Notes under the pieces: generated by a model
What the model was told of the DNA's origin: nothing
The model's database searches: none
Seen by the model: the letters and a program-made list of their open reading frames with translations, nothing else
Assembly: GCF_009914755.1 (NCBI RefSeq)
Contig: NC_060936.1
From: the human T2T-CHM13v2.0 reference genome, Homo sapiens
Direction: 5' to 3' (one strand)
Length of the DNA: 64,000 nt
Shown here: positions 1 through 14,033 of the stretch, in pieces
How positions within the stretch are numbered: the stretch's first letter is position 1
Layout: every line of letters starts with the position of its first letter
Translations under genes and position numbers: made by a program

Positions 1-300
1 TGCTGGGTAGGTGGGAACATATAACCTCTTGAGAGACTTAGAGACTCTTCAAGGGGGAGGATTGAGCGAGAAGTCATTCCATCCCTTTCAGACTGGCAGA
101 GAGAAGGGAAGCAACTGGTCTAGATTGAAGGTATAAAAGAGACTGTGAGAGACAAATTCCTTGTCTTTGGCTCTGCCATTTACTCTGTATAATTCTTGCT
201 ATATCATGTTTTCCCTGTTTTATGCATTCGTAGTCCAGCTTTCTCAATGTGGGGTCAGTGGAGAAAGCCTCTAGATCTATCTGCTTTATGTAATACTTTT

Positions 301-637
301 ATTTTTTATATATTTATTTATTTTTAGAGACAGAGTCTTGCTCTGTCACCCAGGAGTGCAGTGGTGTGGTCATAGCTCACTAACCTCAAACTCAAACTCC
401 TGGGCTGAAAACAATCAATTAGCTCAGAGGATAAGCCTAATTCTCTGACTAGCCTCTGAGTAGCTGGGACTGCCAGCGTATGCCACCATGCCCAGCTAAT
501 TGAAAAAAATGTTTTTTGTAGAGATGGGGGTCTCACTATGTTGCCTAGGCTGGTCTTGAACTCCTGGCCTCCAACAATCCTTCCTCTTTGGCCTCTCAAA
601 GTGTTGGGATTATAGGCATGAGCTACTAAGCCAGGCC
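301..637 (-). mobile_element. AluJ-type SINE
   Basis: Antisense Alu dimer with a T-rich tail at about 301-325 and a head ending ccaggcc at 637. Approximate TSD taatactt at 291 and 641. Confidence 0.9.
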
Positions 638-1778
638 CTCTAATACTTATTTTTAATACATGTTGAATAGACTTAACCCTCCTTCCCACTGGGAGATATT
701 CAACTCCCTTGTCAACATCTGTGTAGATTCTCAGGAGCTTCAACTCTTAAAATCACTGTGCCCTGTGATTTTCTCTAATGAATTATCATTTGTGTCTTGA
801 TTCCTTCAGTTATTCCCTGTTCCCTGAATCCCTCCAAATATGGACACAGCTCCTTTCTCTGCATTTCTCTGGGCACCACCAATATAAGACTTTTGTCTTT
901 GCTGAAAATTCCAACACAAAAACACTTTAACGATGCACATGAATCATCCATGCCCAAATTTAATTGGCCCTAGGGAACCTGAGCCATTGAAGTTCCCTGC
1001 TATGGGGAGCCTCACACCATCTCTCCTTAGACCTTAAGTCTCTCCTGGTTGTTCTCTTTTTCCTAGCACTCCATACCCATTTACTTAACTTCATTCTTCA
1101 TTTGTTCACTCAATACATGTTTATTGATTGCCTACCATATGCCAAATACTGCGTTAGTCACTGATACATTTAAGTAGTTTAGTTGTCTTTGTCTCCTACC
1201 GTCCAGGGGAAATTCATCTTTCTTCACTGAGAATGCAAAATGGACACTGGGTATGCCCCCATTTTGACTAATTGTGTATATCACATACTTCACATGCCTC
1301 AGAGACAAAACTTTTCATCCTGTGGTAAACTAAAAGAAACTCTGTCAAGCATTAGTCCTCCAAACAAATAAAGCCTTGGACCTTTATTCCATGAGTTGCT
1401 GACTCCCTAGTGAGGTGAAACTTATCTCTGACTTTTACAATATTGATGTCTGCAGATGACATAATAGCTCTTGCAGATATGGTAATCATGTGAGGAACTG
1501 CCGTTTTTATAACAGTGAAATAAGAAAGTGACCAACTGCTACTTCGCTGTTTTCCTTTACCTTCTGGTTATCTTACTCAGGGAGCCCAGCTCTAAAGGAA
1601 TTCTTTGCAAACACTGAAAATAAAAATATTTTAAATGTTCAAATTTGCCTCTTTCTGGCTTTCTTTTAGTATCACCCAAAGGTCGTTTCTTTTGATGTTA
1701 CCCGAAGCTCACTGAAACATTTTCTTATGCACAGAACCACGTACATCTGGACAGATTATGCCATCATTTTTGGAGGGC

Positions 1779-1992
1779 AGGAGATCTGCAGCCAGTTATT
1801 TTTTAAAATAAATTTTTCTGTAATAAGAATGATGCAATTTGGTTTGTATGTATGAGGAGGGCCTGGGAACAATGAGGAGTGTCTCACCAGGAGGTCCACA
1901 GTTATTTTTGTTATAAATTATTCAATAACAAGAATGATGCAATTGGTTTGTAGACATGAGGAGGGCCTGGGCAGAAAAGGAGAGTCCCACCT
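1779..1992. repeat. Diverged tandem duplication, unit about 105 bp
   Basis: agttattttt at 1794/1900, aagaatgatgcaatt at 1825/1930, atgaggagggcctggg at 1852/1956. Confidence 0.85.
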
Positions 1993-3460
1993 GAAGGATG
2001 AGGTAATTCCCTGGGCTATGGTTGACCTCAGGCCCTTGCTGGTTCTGACACACTGAGCCTTAGTTTCTGGCATACTGTCTACCTTTCCTCTGTACACCGA
2101 AACTCCTATCCTCCAGCTTTGCATACACTCCTCAGCCTTGTGGCTGACTGCCATAAAGAAAACAGAACTGGCTGGCTGATACTAGGGAGACGGGACTGCC
2201 CGTGAGCCCTACAGGGAGCGCTCCCGGGTAGGGTTAGAATTCTGTTAGCCAGGCTGTGTGAATCTGGTTTTTGTTTTTTAAATTCCATCTTTATTCTCCT
2301 TAAATAAAGTCATGCTAAACATTCCAGACCACTTCTGCTGGGTTAAGTGTGTTAATCTAAAGGTATTTTTCCATACACGGAGCTGGGGAGGATTTCAGGG
2401 GCTAGAATGTGGTAGCACGGCAGTGACATTCTCCAGAACGATTCACGGGGACGATTCTGGCTCCCTGGCCTGGCGGTCTCCCCTGTTTCTTCCAGCACAA
2501 AACTCTTAGCATCTCTGTTTCCAGGTCCCATTTATGAGTTTTCCAAGAGGATCAGGGGCATGGGGAATGGTGTGAAAACGAGCCTCGTCTGAGGAGAGCA
2601 TCTAAGTGAGAGGAGTGATGAAGGGCCCCCACGGCAAGATGGTTTCCGTCACAACTCTGGACCTATTCTGGGTCCGGGTTGGAGCTGCTGTAGGGATAAC
2701 ACAGCCACCCTGGGTTTCCTTATACTTAAGCAGAGGCACCTGGAACTACCTTCCCTCCTTGATCGTAGAACGGTTTTCAGTTTTGCTGTAGATAATGCTT
2801 AGAAGCTGTGCATCTCTGGCCACGGCTGACATCCCATCCACAGGAAGCGTCCTACCACGCATCTGGTTCACCTTCGGTCTGTGAATGCCATTTCCAGGGA
2901 ACAACGCTGAGTGGCTGAGAGAACCTGGATTCTTTTCACGGCTCTGCCACTAGCTCGCTAGGTGTTCCTGGAAAGCTACTACCCCTCCCTTGTCCCGTTT
3001 CCTCCTGTGAAAAACAAGTGGGCTTCCCTAGATCTCTCTCAGTCCCCCGCCAGTTCTGACAGTCCCTGTGTGTGGGCTGGGCCCTCCCAGGTCTCCCAGT
3101 GCCCTTGGGCTGACACGGGACTGCCTGAGACTCAGGGGCTGGAGCCCTGCGTGGGCGGGCAGTTCACCTTTCCAGAGAGCGTTCTGAGTACATGCCCTGG
3201 ACTGACGGTCTTCACCCTCCTCTCTCCTCACCCTTTTCCCCCCAACCCCAACACTCTTCTGCTTTGGAAAAACACTGGCTTAACAATTTTTCCAGCCTTG
3301 TAGGTTTTCTGCTTCTCCCCAGTCCCAAGATCCGTTCTCAATATGTGGAGGCTGCCGCTGCGTGAATGAGGTTTAAAGTGCTTGAGGGGAGCCGCCTCCC
3401 AGGCTCTTCCCCTAGGTCTCCAGCATCAGGAGCTCTGTCCTAACAGCTATAGCAAATCTG

Positions 3461-3478
3461 GGCCAGCAGAGGGCACTA
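3461..3478 (+). promoter_or_regulatory. Candidate CTCF core motif
   Basis: GGCCAGCAGAGGGCACTA matches the CCASYAGRKGGCRSY consensus. Motif match only; no binding data. Confidence 0.5.
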
Positions 3479-4599
3479 CGGAAACAGCCTGAAGCTCTGA
3501 GGGCCTCCATGCCTCCAGAAAGCATCTTCTGCAACCCTCGCCTTAAGCCACTCTCCTTTACACAGCCCAGGCCAGCCCTTATCTTTTACAGTGTTGTAAT
3601 TCCCAGGGCGCAATGTACACACACAGAAGATACATTGCGTAGAAACATACTTGGCGCATATTTCTCACAGGAAGGACTAGCTGAAAGAAACAAGTCTCTT
3701 CTCAGTTTCTACCTTCTAAGACAAAGGAGAGATGCCCTTATCTCAGCCGCTCCCCTGCACCTCCCTAGCCTTGCTGGCTCACTGAGGCCTTACTCTAAGG
3801 GTGTTGCTTCCAAGTGGCTAGAGACTACAGAAGCAGGCAGTGTTGAGTCCTGAGCAGCAGTCTTGGGTCTTTGGTTATGTGTAGGCTCTGTTCATTATTT
3901 GACTAAATCTCAGGGAGCTCCATCCAACTTCAAAAATATTCCTGAGAGAGAGAGACAGAGAGTCAAAGAGCATCGGTCTATGTCCATTCCCTGGAAGGAA
4001 GGTGGGGACTGCCCCCCTGCAGCCTCCTGCCTGATGGGAGTCTCATGGTGGGAATAATCAAGAAACCAAGGCCCTGAAAGACATGGACGTGGGCAGCATG
4101 CCACCTCTTCCTCCTGTAGAGGTGGTTCTGGTGCTCAGCATTGTGGTGAGGCCTGAGGCGAAGGTGCGTGGGGTTCTGGCTTGATTGCGGCAGGCTGGTT
4201 TCTCAGGGAAGAACACAGGCTGCTGGGGCCTTGGGTTGTTATTTTCTTTGAGCACCTGCACTGTGCCAGGCAACACGCCATGGACTGTTGTTGTAGGCTT
4301 TCAGGGAGCTTAGAGTTTAGCAGGTGGAGAGAGGAAATGGAAGACGCCTCAGAAGTGATTGAGATCTATTGAGTATAGACTCTACGGGCGAGAAAGGAAG
4401 GAGATCAGCAGGAGTGAAGAGGCTTCTTGGAGGATATAGCTAACTCAAGGAGGAGAAGGCAGGGAATTCCTGAGATTGGGAGCTGAGAGTGGGGATTAGT
4501 GGGACTGGTGGTGGTGGTGGTGGTGAGTTGTTGTCCCAGTCTACAGAAGGGATGTTCTTGAGAACCGTTGGAGAAGAGTCTGGAGGGTTCCATCCTGAC

Positions 4600-5015
<416 letters not shown>

Positions 5016-5169
5016 TGATTTCCACTCTGAGCACTAATGGCTCCTCACATAGTTATTTTTGTGAAAGACAGGCCAGCGCTCTGTCCTCAACCCCATGTCT
5101 ATGCACGGTTGCTCCTTTTGCCTGGCATAACCCTCCCAAGGTTGGCACTGTAGCCCTGGCTGGCTGTAC

Positions 5170-5835
5170 TCCTAGTCTTGGCTCTTGCCAGGTTTTGTTT
5201 CCCTGGTTTCAGTTACCTGTGGTCAGCCACGGTCTGAAAATATTAAATGGAAAATTCCAGAAATAAACAATTTGTGTGTGAGTAGTGTGAAATTTCATGC
5301 TTTCCTGCTCCATCCCACCCGGGATGTGAATCGTCCCTTCGTCCAGCATATCCATGGTGTCTATGCCCCCTGCCTGTTGTCCCTTGGTAGCCTCCTTGGT
5401 TATCAGATGACTGTTGCACTACTGCAGTGCTTCTGTTCACGTAACCCTTATTTTACTTAATAATGGTCCCAAGCACGAGAGTAGTGATGCTGGTAATTCG
5501 AATATGTCAAAGAGAGCTATAAAGTGCTTCCTTTAAGTGAAAAGATTAAAGTTCTTGACTTAATAAGAAAAGAAAAATCATATGCTGAGGTTGCTAAGGT
5601 CTATGATAGGAATGAATCTTCTATCTAGAAAATAGTGAACAAGATATTGTTACATTGTTCTATTTTATTATGAGTTATTGTTGTTAACTTCTTACTGTGT
5701 TTTATTTATAAATTAACTTTGTCATATGTATGTATGTATAGGAAAAAAACATAGTGTGTAGAGGGTACTATCTGCAGTTTCAGGCATCCACTGGGGGCCT
5801 TGGAACATATCCCTGCATAGGGATAGTACTATACT
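5170..5835 (+). mobile_element. MER44-type (Tigger7-derived) DNA transposon
   Basis: ggtttcagttacctgtggtcagccacggtctgaaaatattaaatggaaaattccagaaataaac at the left end; tttcaggcatccactgggggccttggaacatatccc at the right end. Confidence 0.8.
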
Positions 5836-6317
5836 ATAACTGTATAGTACCCAGTTCCTCTTTCATAATTCAAACCAATTTGGAAATCTGCCATCATCTA
5901 GCTGTTACCATCTCTCAGGTGTAAGTCACCCAGGCTTGCTACATGCTGAGGGAGACCAGAGGGCCTCTCATTGCCTGCTTAGTTCTTGGAGACCCCCGTC
6001 TTCTTTCAGGGCCTGTGGCGTTGGAACTTAAGGCTGTTCCCTGTACTAATTTCCCTGTGAGTTTATAGTCTTTGGCACTACTCACGTTCCTCTTTAATCT
6101 GCTTAGTCTTAACTTCAGCAAGGACACATCGTATGTATTTTGGCCTCTGTTTTAGTCGTTAGGCCACACATTTAGCAGTTGGGAAGGCTGATGAATCCAA
6201 GAGGAGGTGAGTGTGTGGCTGTAAGTTCTTGCATCAGAGAGGCAGCCAATGTGGTGACGAGGAAGAGCCAGCACTGGGTAGTGCCAAGGATCAACGTCAT
6301 GGCTCTTTTCTTTTTCC

Positions 6318-6495
6318 TTTTTAACAAATTAACAGTTAAAATAGTGTGCATTTATCAAGTACAAAATGATGATTTGAAGTAAATTTACATGGTGGAATGA
6401 CTAAATCTAGCTAAGTAACATGTGCATTGCCTCACATAGTTATTTTTGTGGTGAACACACTTGACATGCACTCTCTTAGCATTTTTCAAAAATAT
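6318..6495 (-). mobile_element. L1MA-type 3' end fragment
   Basis: Antisense L1MA 3' UTR motifs (cctcacatagttatttttgtggtg...ctctcttagcatttttcaa). Confidence 0.7.
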
Positions 6496-8339
6496 GGTCA
6501 AGGTTCTTTCATTGATCTCATGCCCTGTCTTTGTTCCCAAAACCCAATACCAGGCTGGGGTTGCTGGCTTTTTGATCAGAGCCACACGTTGGGTTGGAAT
6601 CAGCTCCCCCAACATCCTAACCTGGGCCCTGTGTAGGGAAATCCTTTTTGGAGACCTCTGGTACCCTTTTCTATCAAAGACCCCATTGGAATACCCTCAG
6701 TCAAGGAGAAGGGTGTGCACTACTATTGAATTCCAGGAGAGAAGGGGTCAGTGTCTTGATTCCTTTCCTCACAGATGCCTTGTTGGCTTCTGTGCATATT
6801 TGCCCACTTTCTCCAGGGATCTGTTGCAGTTAGTGAGGGTCATAAATCAACTCGCCTGTCCAGCCACATATAAACGGTCTGATGACACAATTTCCTCAGC
6901 AGAGTGAGTACTTACCCACCTTGAAACTGCATAATTAAAAGAATTATTCAGTGATTCCTACCATAACAATGATAATAAAAATCTGCTCGGAGGTGACTCT
7001 CTTCTCTATAGACATAATAGAGGCTGATGAAATCTTAAGTTCTATATTACAAAGCATCCCATTTTATAAATAATAATACATTTTATATTTGTATTAGTTA
7101 AGACACATAACTTGTTTAGCATGAGCTAATTAAGGTTGGCACATTGATTTCATGTAATTTAAAATAAAAGGAGAGATATTTTGTTTTCTGTGCATCCTTA
7201 TTAGTTACATGTGTACTATTAGAATTGTTGAAAGATGGCAAATAGAAGACCCACACTATCATCTTCATGGACCAGTAGAGATCTGGTAGTTTTGTTTAAT
7301 ATGACAGGAAAACTTTGTTTCATATTATACAGACATAGAATATATTCCAGCTCAGGACTTCCTAAAAGGATGCTCCGCTGGGCCTGAAAACATGCATGCC
7401 CTGCTCTGCTTGTTTGCTCGTGTCTGTCATAGGCTCTGCTGAGGCTTTCTTACTGGATACACTAGCCAGAGAGAGAGCGAGTGTGTGTATGTGTGTGTGT
7501 GTGTGTGTAGTATACAATTCAGCATGAACATATATGTTTGTGTTGCAGGAAGTTCATGGGGAAAATAATAACTAATATTTCCAAAGTAATTTAGAATTTC
7601 AAAGTCAACATGCTTTCACATACATTAGATTATTTAAAGTATCTCTGAGAACAAAACAACATTCTGTACATGTATGAATATTTTTGAAGATAGACTCTTA
7701 GAGGTTAAATTGCTGGTTTAATTTTCTATGTATCCTTCCAAACTTTTCCCACCAATTTACAAACATGTGTATGATTAAAGGTGAGGTCCTTAAGCACTCT
7801 CAAAAAACAGAGAATGGACATTGAGTTCATCCTCATTATACTGGTTTCACCTTAGGCTATTCTTAATATCGTGAGTCTGAAAGTAGATGCATAATTATAA
7901 ATATTGGTGAGGAAAATAATGGCACTGTATGATCCCAGAACAAAAGACTGACCATAAAGTCTGGACTTCAATCAGACTTCAATCCCAAGGCCTGAGATTT
8001 TCCAGGATTCAGGTTAGGCTTCTAGAACAGGGAGAAATGTCCTAATTGTGCATGTCCACACATACCAGAGGGCTTATTGAGAAGGAAATTATCCACATGG
8101 TCAAGGTAGTAGGGATTATAAAAGGTCCACTTGAGACCAAGAGGCAGATAGTTGGAGATTCCTTCCTTCCTTTTGAATTGTTGAGCTTCTACCAAGAAGT
8201 GTCTTGACCCTAGGGATTCACTTCTTGACTTCAAGAGTCATAGTGTAGTGGTGGAGATAAGAAAACCCACGATTATAATAGTGTTTGAGAGACTGGCGGT
8301 AAGGCGATGGAGTCTGGCTATCACAAAGATTTGAATACT

Positions 8340-10120
<1,781 letters not shown>

Positions 10121-11286
10121 ACGTAGCTCCTTAAGTACTTTGATTGCTAACCTTTTGTTTGTTGCATATTGTTAGAAGAGGGAACAGCTTTCCTTCATTC
10201 CAAATGTTCCCATGTTGAGGAAACTTGAGGCACAACAGTTGAGGTCTCTCTTTACCTCTAGTTAAGAGTGACTTAAAATAATTGTGGAGTTTGGAAGAAA
10301 AGACGAGGCAGATGTGGCCAGCAGAGAGCCTTATTCTCTTCCTTCCTTTGGGACCCAGGCTGTCTGGGGGAGCACGTGTTCTGCTGTTTGCCTCCATGCT
10401 AGGAGCCTCCCGTGGGAGGAGGCCTATGGTGGCCCAGAACTATCTTTTGGTAACTGTGTTTAAAAGAAAGTTTCACTTCTATAGATATGACCCTCAATAA
10501 ATATTTGGTGAATAAATGAACAGTGATCATTTTTCTAATTAAAAAGCTAAAAGAGAAACAAAGCTTCTGGAATCAGATGATGGAGAAACTTAAGCAAAAG
10601 AAAAGCAGGAGAGAACTACTGCAGAGATGAGACCTGCTCTTCCCCAAGGAACCCTGGAGAAAGTTGAAGCCAGGGATCAATAAGGCCAAGGTGAAACTGG
10701 CCCAGGGGATAATAATCATAAAGGTAAATAAGCAAATGACTTTTCCTGGAACAGCCATTTCTGTTCCATTCCATTCTGTCATTTGCTTATTTGCCAGTCT
10801 CCAGTCATTTGCCAGTCTCCCTCCCTCCCCTTTTTGTGTTTACAGAGTGACTGGTTGAAGGATGTGCCCTGGAGTGAGCAAATGGAGGAAGGAGTCGAGC
10901 AGGACCTGAGGTAACTCTGGGCCTTCAGATGGTCACAGAGGAAGAAAGGAAAAGAAAGGAGGAATGTTCTTTACAACGGGACACCGGATTGCCTATTGGC
11001 TCCACTTCCATACATTCACCATCCACCATCCAACCTTATTGGGAAACCTTTCTGTCAGCATCCTTATCGTATTCACCCCTTGCACCTTCCATGAGAGAAG
11101 ATGAGAGAAAAAGGGAGAGAAAGAGAGAAAGAGAGAGACTCATCATGGAAACAGACATATAGAAACCTATGCCAGATGCCTATAGCATTGCAAAGTGCCA
11201 AGAGAGGAAGAACCAAAGGTACTGCATTTAAAACAAAGAATTACTAAATATTGAAGGAAAATGAATGATATTGAAAAAGAAGAACC

Positions 11287-11335
11287 TCCCTTGTAGCCTA
11301 GTGGTTAGGAAAAATAAAAATAAAAAAAGAAAAAG
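11287..11335 (+). pseudogene. Retroposed 5' fragment of tRNA-Glu with A-tail
   Basis: TCCCTTGTAGCCTAGTGGTTAGGA (11287-11310) is 21/24 identical to the recalled tRNA-Glu 5' end TCCCTGGTGGTCTAGTGGTTAGGA. A-rich tail at 11311-11335. TSD aaaagaagaacc at 11275-11286 and 11336-11347. Confidence 0.8.
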
Positions 11336-12559
11336 AAAAGAAGAACCAAGATGAATAAACACAATAACTGATCAACAATGAAACAAAACTTTTCATTTCA
11401 GATAAAATGCTAATTGCTTAAAAAAATTAAGTGGATATTAAATCAATAAAGCTAAGGTAGAGTTCCATGAAGAAAAGCCAATCACTAAAGAAGAAAGACT
11501 TATGATTTTAAAAGATGATTATAAGAAGAAAGCAATTAATAGAAGGGCTGAGTAACTGAAAGTATGTGGTCGCAGAATAAATTAGTGATTTAGAAATTAA
11601 GGTTTTTTTTTTTTTGTAATGTGAAGGCAGAAAGACAATAGAAATTATGGGACTGACATTAAAAGATATGGAGGATATGCCCAGGGGACCAAATACTCAC
11701 TTAAGAGAAGTAAAAGAGAATAAAACAGATGGGAGAGACAGGGTCGAAGAAATAATAGAAGAAGTTTCCCTGATAGCAAGATATCCTCCAGACTTTAGAT
11801 CTAAAGCATACACTAAGTGCTAGGTAGGACTACTGAAAGGCACCCATACCTAAATTCATGCGGGTGAAATTTCTGGATTTCAGAGGTTTAAAAAGGCTTA
11901 CTAATTTTCAGAGAAAAAAGGTAACTTGCAAAGGAACGCAAATAAGATTAGCACCAGGCTTCTGGTCTGCTCCAGAAAATTAATGGACAATGGATCAGGG
12001 CCTGCCAAGTTAGAGCTAGAGTTACATAGCCAGTCAAATATGAGGCCAAAATAAAGAACTATGAAAATATATCACTCATGCTCCTTTTTGGAAAATCTAG
12101 TCTACAGACAATACAATTTCAAGGAAGGCGAATAGGATATACAAGAAAGAGTGGTAAACAGAGAAACTAACAGAATATATAGTTAAGTCTAACAAATTCT
12201 TGTTATTATCATTGTGTTTAATACCATTGCTAAGAAATCCTAAAATAGAAATACATCTATTATATAATAAAATAATTATATTATTTGTATAATTATATAT
12301 ATGATTATATATAAAATAATATATAAAATAATACAGTTATATGTTATATTAATAACAAAAATTAACCATATCTGAAATAAAATTATAGATACTGTTAAAG
12401 TCTTACAAGATAGGGAAAGAGGGATAAATTATACATGATACAGGTCTCATTTTTTGAGGAAGGTAAAGTCTGGTTATTAGTTGCTGATACTGATACAAGC
12501 ATTGATTTAAATAGGTTTGTTAGAAACTTAAAAATAATATAGAATGGGTATGGTATGTA

Positions 12560-13080
12560 GATGGTGGTGGTGATGATACTGGCCTACTCAGTATCCATAC
12601 TTGCTTTCTTTCTAAGTAATAGAATTCTAATTTTAGTTATCGGGGTAATGTGTCTAGTTAAAAGATAACATTCCTAGCCACATTTGCGGTTAGTAGTGGC
12701 CACTTGATTGAATGTAAATGGAAATACTGTGTGAAATATGAGCAAAGATTTCTTAAAAGGAGCTGACTCAGCAGACACGTGTTTTTGTGCCCATTTCCCT
12801 TCTTTCTTCCCGCTGTTTGGAAATTGGACAGGTTGGCTGGAGCCATCACAACTGCCATATGGCCTTGAGACTAGAAGTTGTGTCCTTAGGTCCTTGAGAA
12901 TGATAGGGCAGAAAGAAAAGAGGTGGCTGGATTCCTGAGGACAGCGGGGCCTCCTACCAGGAGTCCTAGGCTGCCTTTCTCTAGTCTTCTTTTACTTAGG
13001 GGCTGGGGAGAAGCTTATGTCTTTACGCTGCTTATTTTGGAGTTTCTATTCCATGCAGCTGAACTGAATTCTAACTGATT
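12560..13080 (+). mobile_element. MLT1J/K-type MaLR LTR
   Basis: cagtatccatacttgctttctttctaagtaatagaatt...acattcctagccacatttgc...gcagctgaactgaattctaactgat. Confidence 0.65.
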
Positions 13081-13861
13081 TATAAATCTTTTAACGTGGC
13101 AGAGTAGAAAAGAGCAACAACAACAAAGAACTTGATCAATCCAGCAAAGATTCAGAAGGAAAGAAAGAACAAGAAAAGAATAAATAAATGGCAGGGTTAG
13201 AAGGTGAACTGCAGTCATAGATTTCTTTTATAATAGACACACCAGAAATAAAGTGACACACAAATGTTGAATATAAAGAGATGGAGAGAGAAATGTTAGG
13301 TAAATGGAATAGCAACATTATCTGGCAAAATAGAACGCAAGGCCAAAATAATTAAAGAGAACATGAAGTGCTGTTTTAAATCGCATAGGTTTAAAAAAGG
13401 TAAAATTCACTGAGAAGATGTAATAGTTACAAACTTTTATGCATCACACTTGCATTGAAACAAAGCAAAAACTGTGATGACTATGAGGACTACCGGACAG
13501 AGCCACACTCTCTGTAGGAGACATCGATCTGTTAAGTCTCGGAAGGTGACAGTTTATGTGGACAGAATATAATTTTGTATACAGAACATTTGAATAACAC
13601 AATTGACAAACTTGCTTGAATGTTATAGCCAATGAAAAGAATAAACATTTTTTCAATACCTGTGTGGTTTTACAAAATCGATTAAATACTAGGTATCAAA
13701 GAATACCTCAATCCATTCTCCAAAGAAGAAATTGTAAAGGCCACTTTTTCTTACCACCATATAATACAAGTTAGAAATTAAAAATGAAAGGCAAATCATA
13801 ATAATTAAAAAAAGAGTCCCTGGGGAAAAACAACAATCTTTCTTAGGTTAAAAGGAAAACA

Positions 13862-14033
13862 GTTGTGGGGTGGGGGGAGGGGAAAGGGATAGCATTAGGA
13901 GATATACCTAATGCTAAATGACGAGTTAATGGGTGCAGCACACCAGCATGGCACATGTATACATACGTAACTAACCTGCACATTGTGCACATGTACCCTG
14001 AAACTTAAAGTATAATAATAATAATAAAAAAAA
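13862..14033 (+). mobile_element. Young L1PA (about PA2-PA3) 3' terminal fragment
   Basis: G-rich tract, then ctaaatgacgagttaatgggtgcagcacacc, then aaacttaaagtataataa and an A tail. TSD gaaaacag at 13855-13862 and 14034-14041. Confidence 0.9.

Noticed and set aside
324-743. 139-aa minus-strand ORF and other Alu-overlapping ORFs (e.g. 19036-19431, 25633-26053, 43266-43655, 47795-48226)
   Set aside because: The peptides are typical Alu read-throughs (LECSG, AHCNL, PALWEAE); there is no coding evidence.
2200-3500. CpG island
   Set aside because: CpGs are only modestly enriched by eye and do not form a dense island.
11287-11310. Functional tRNA-Glu gene
   Set aside because: Only 24 nt with no anticodon arm, B box or terminator; reported as a retrocopy instead.
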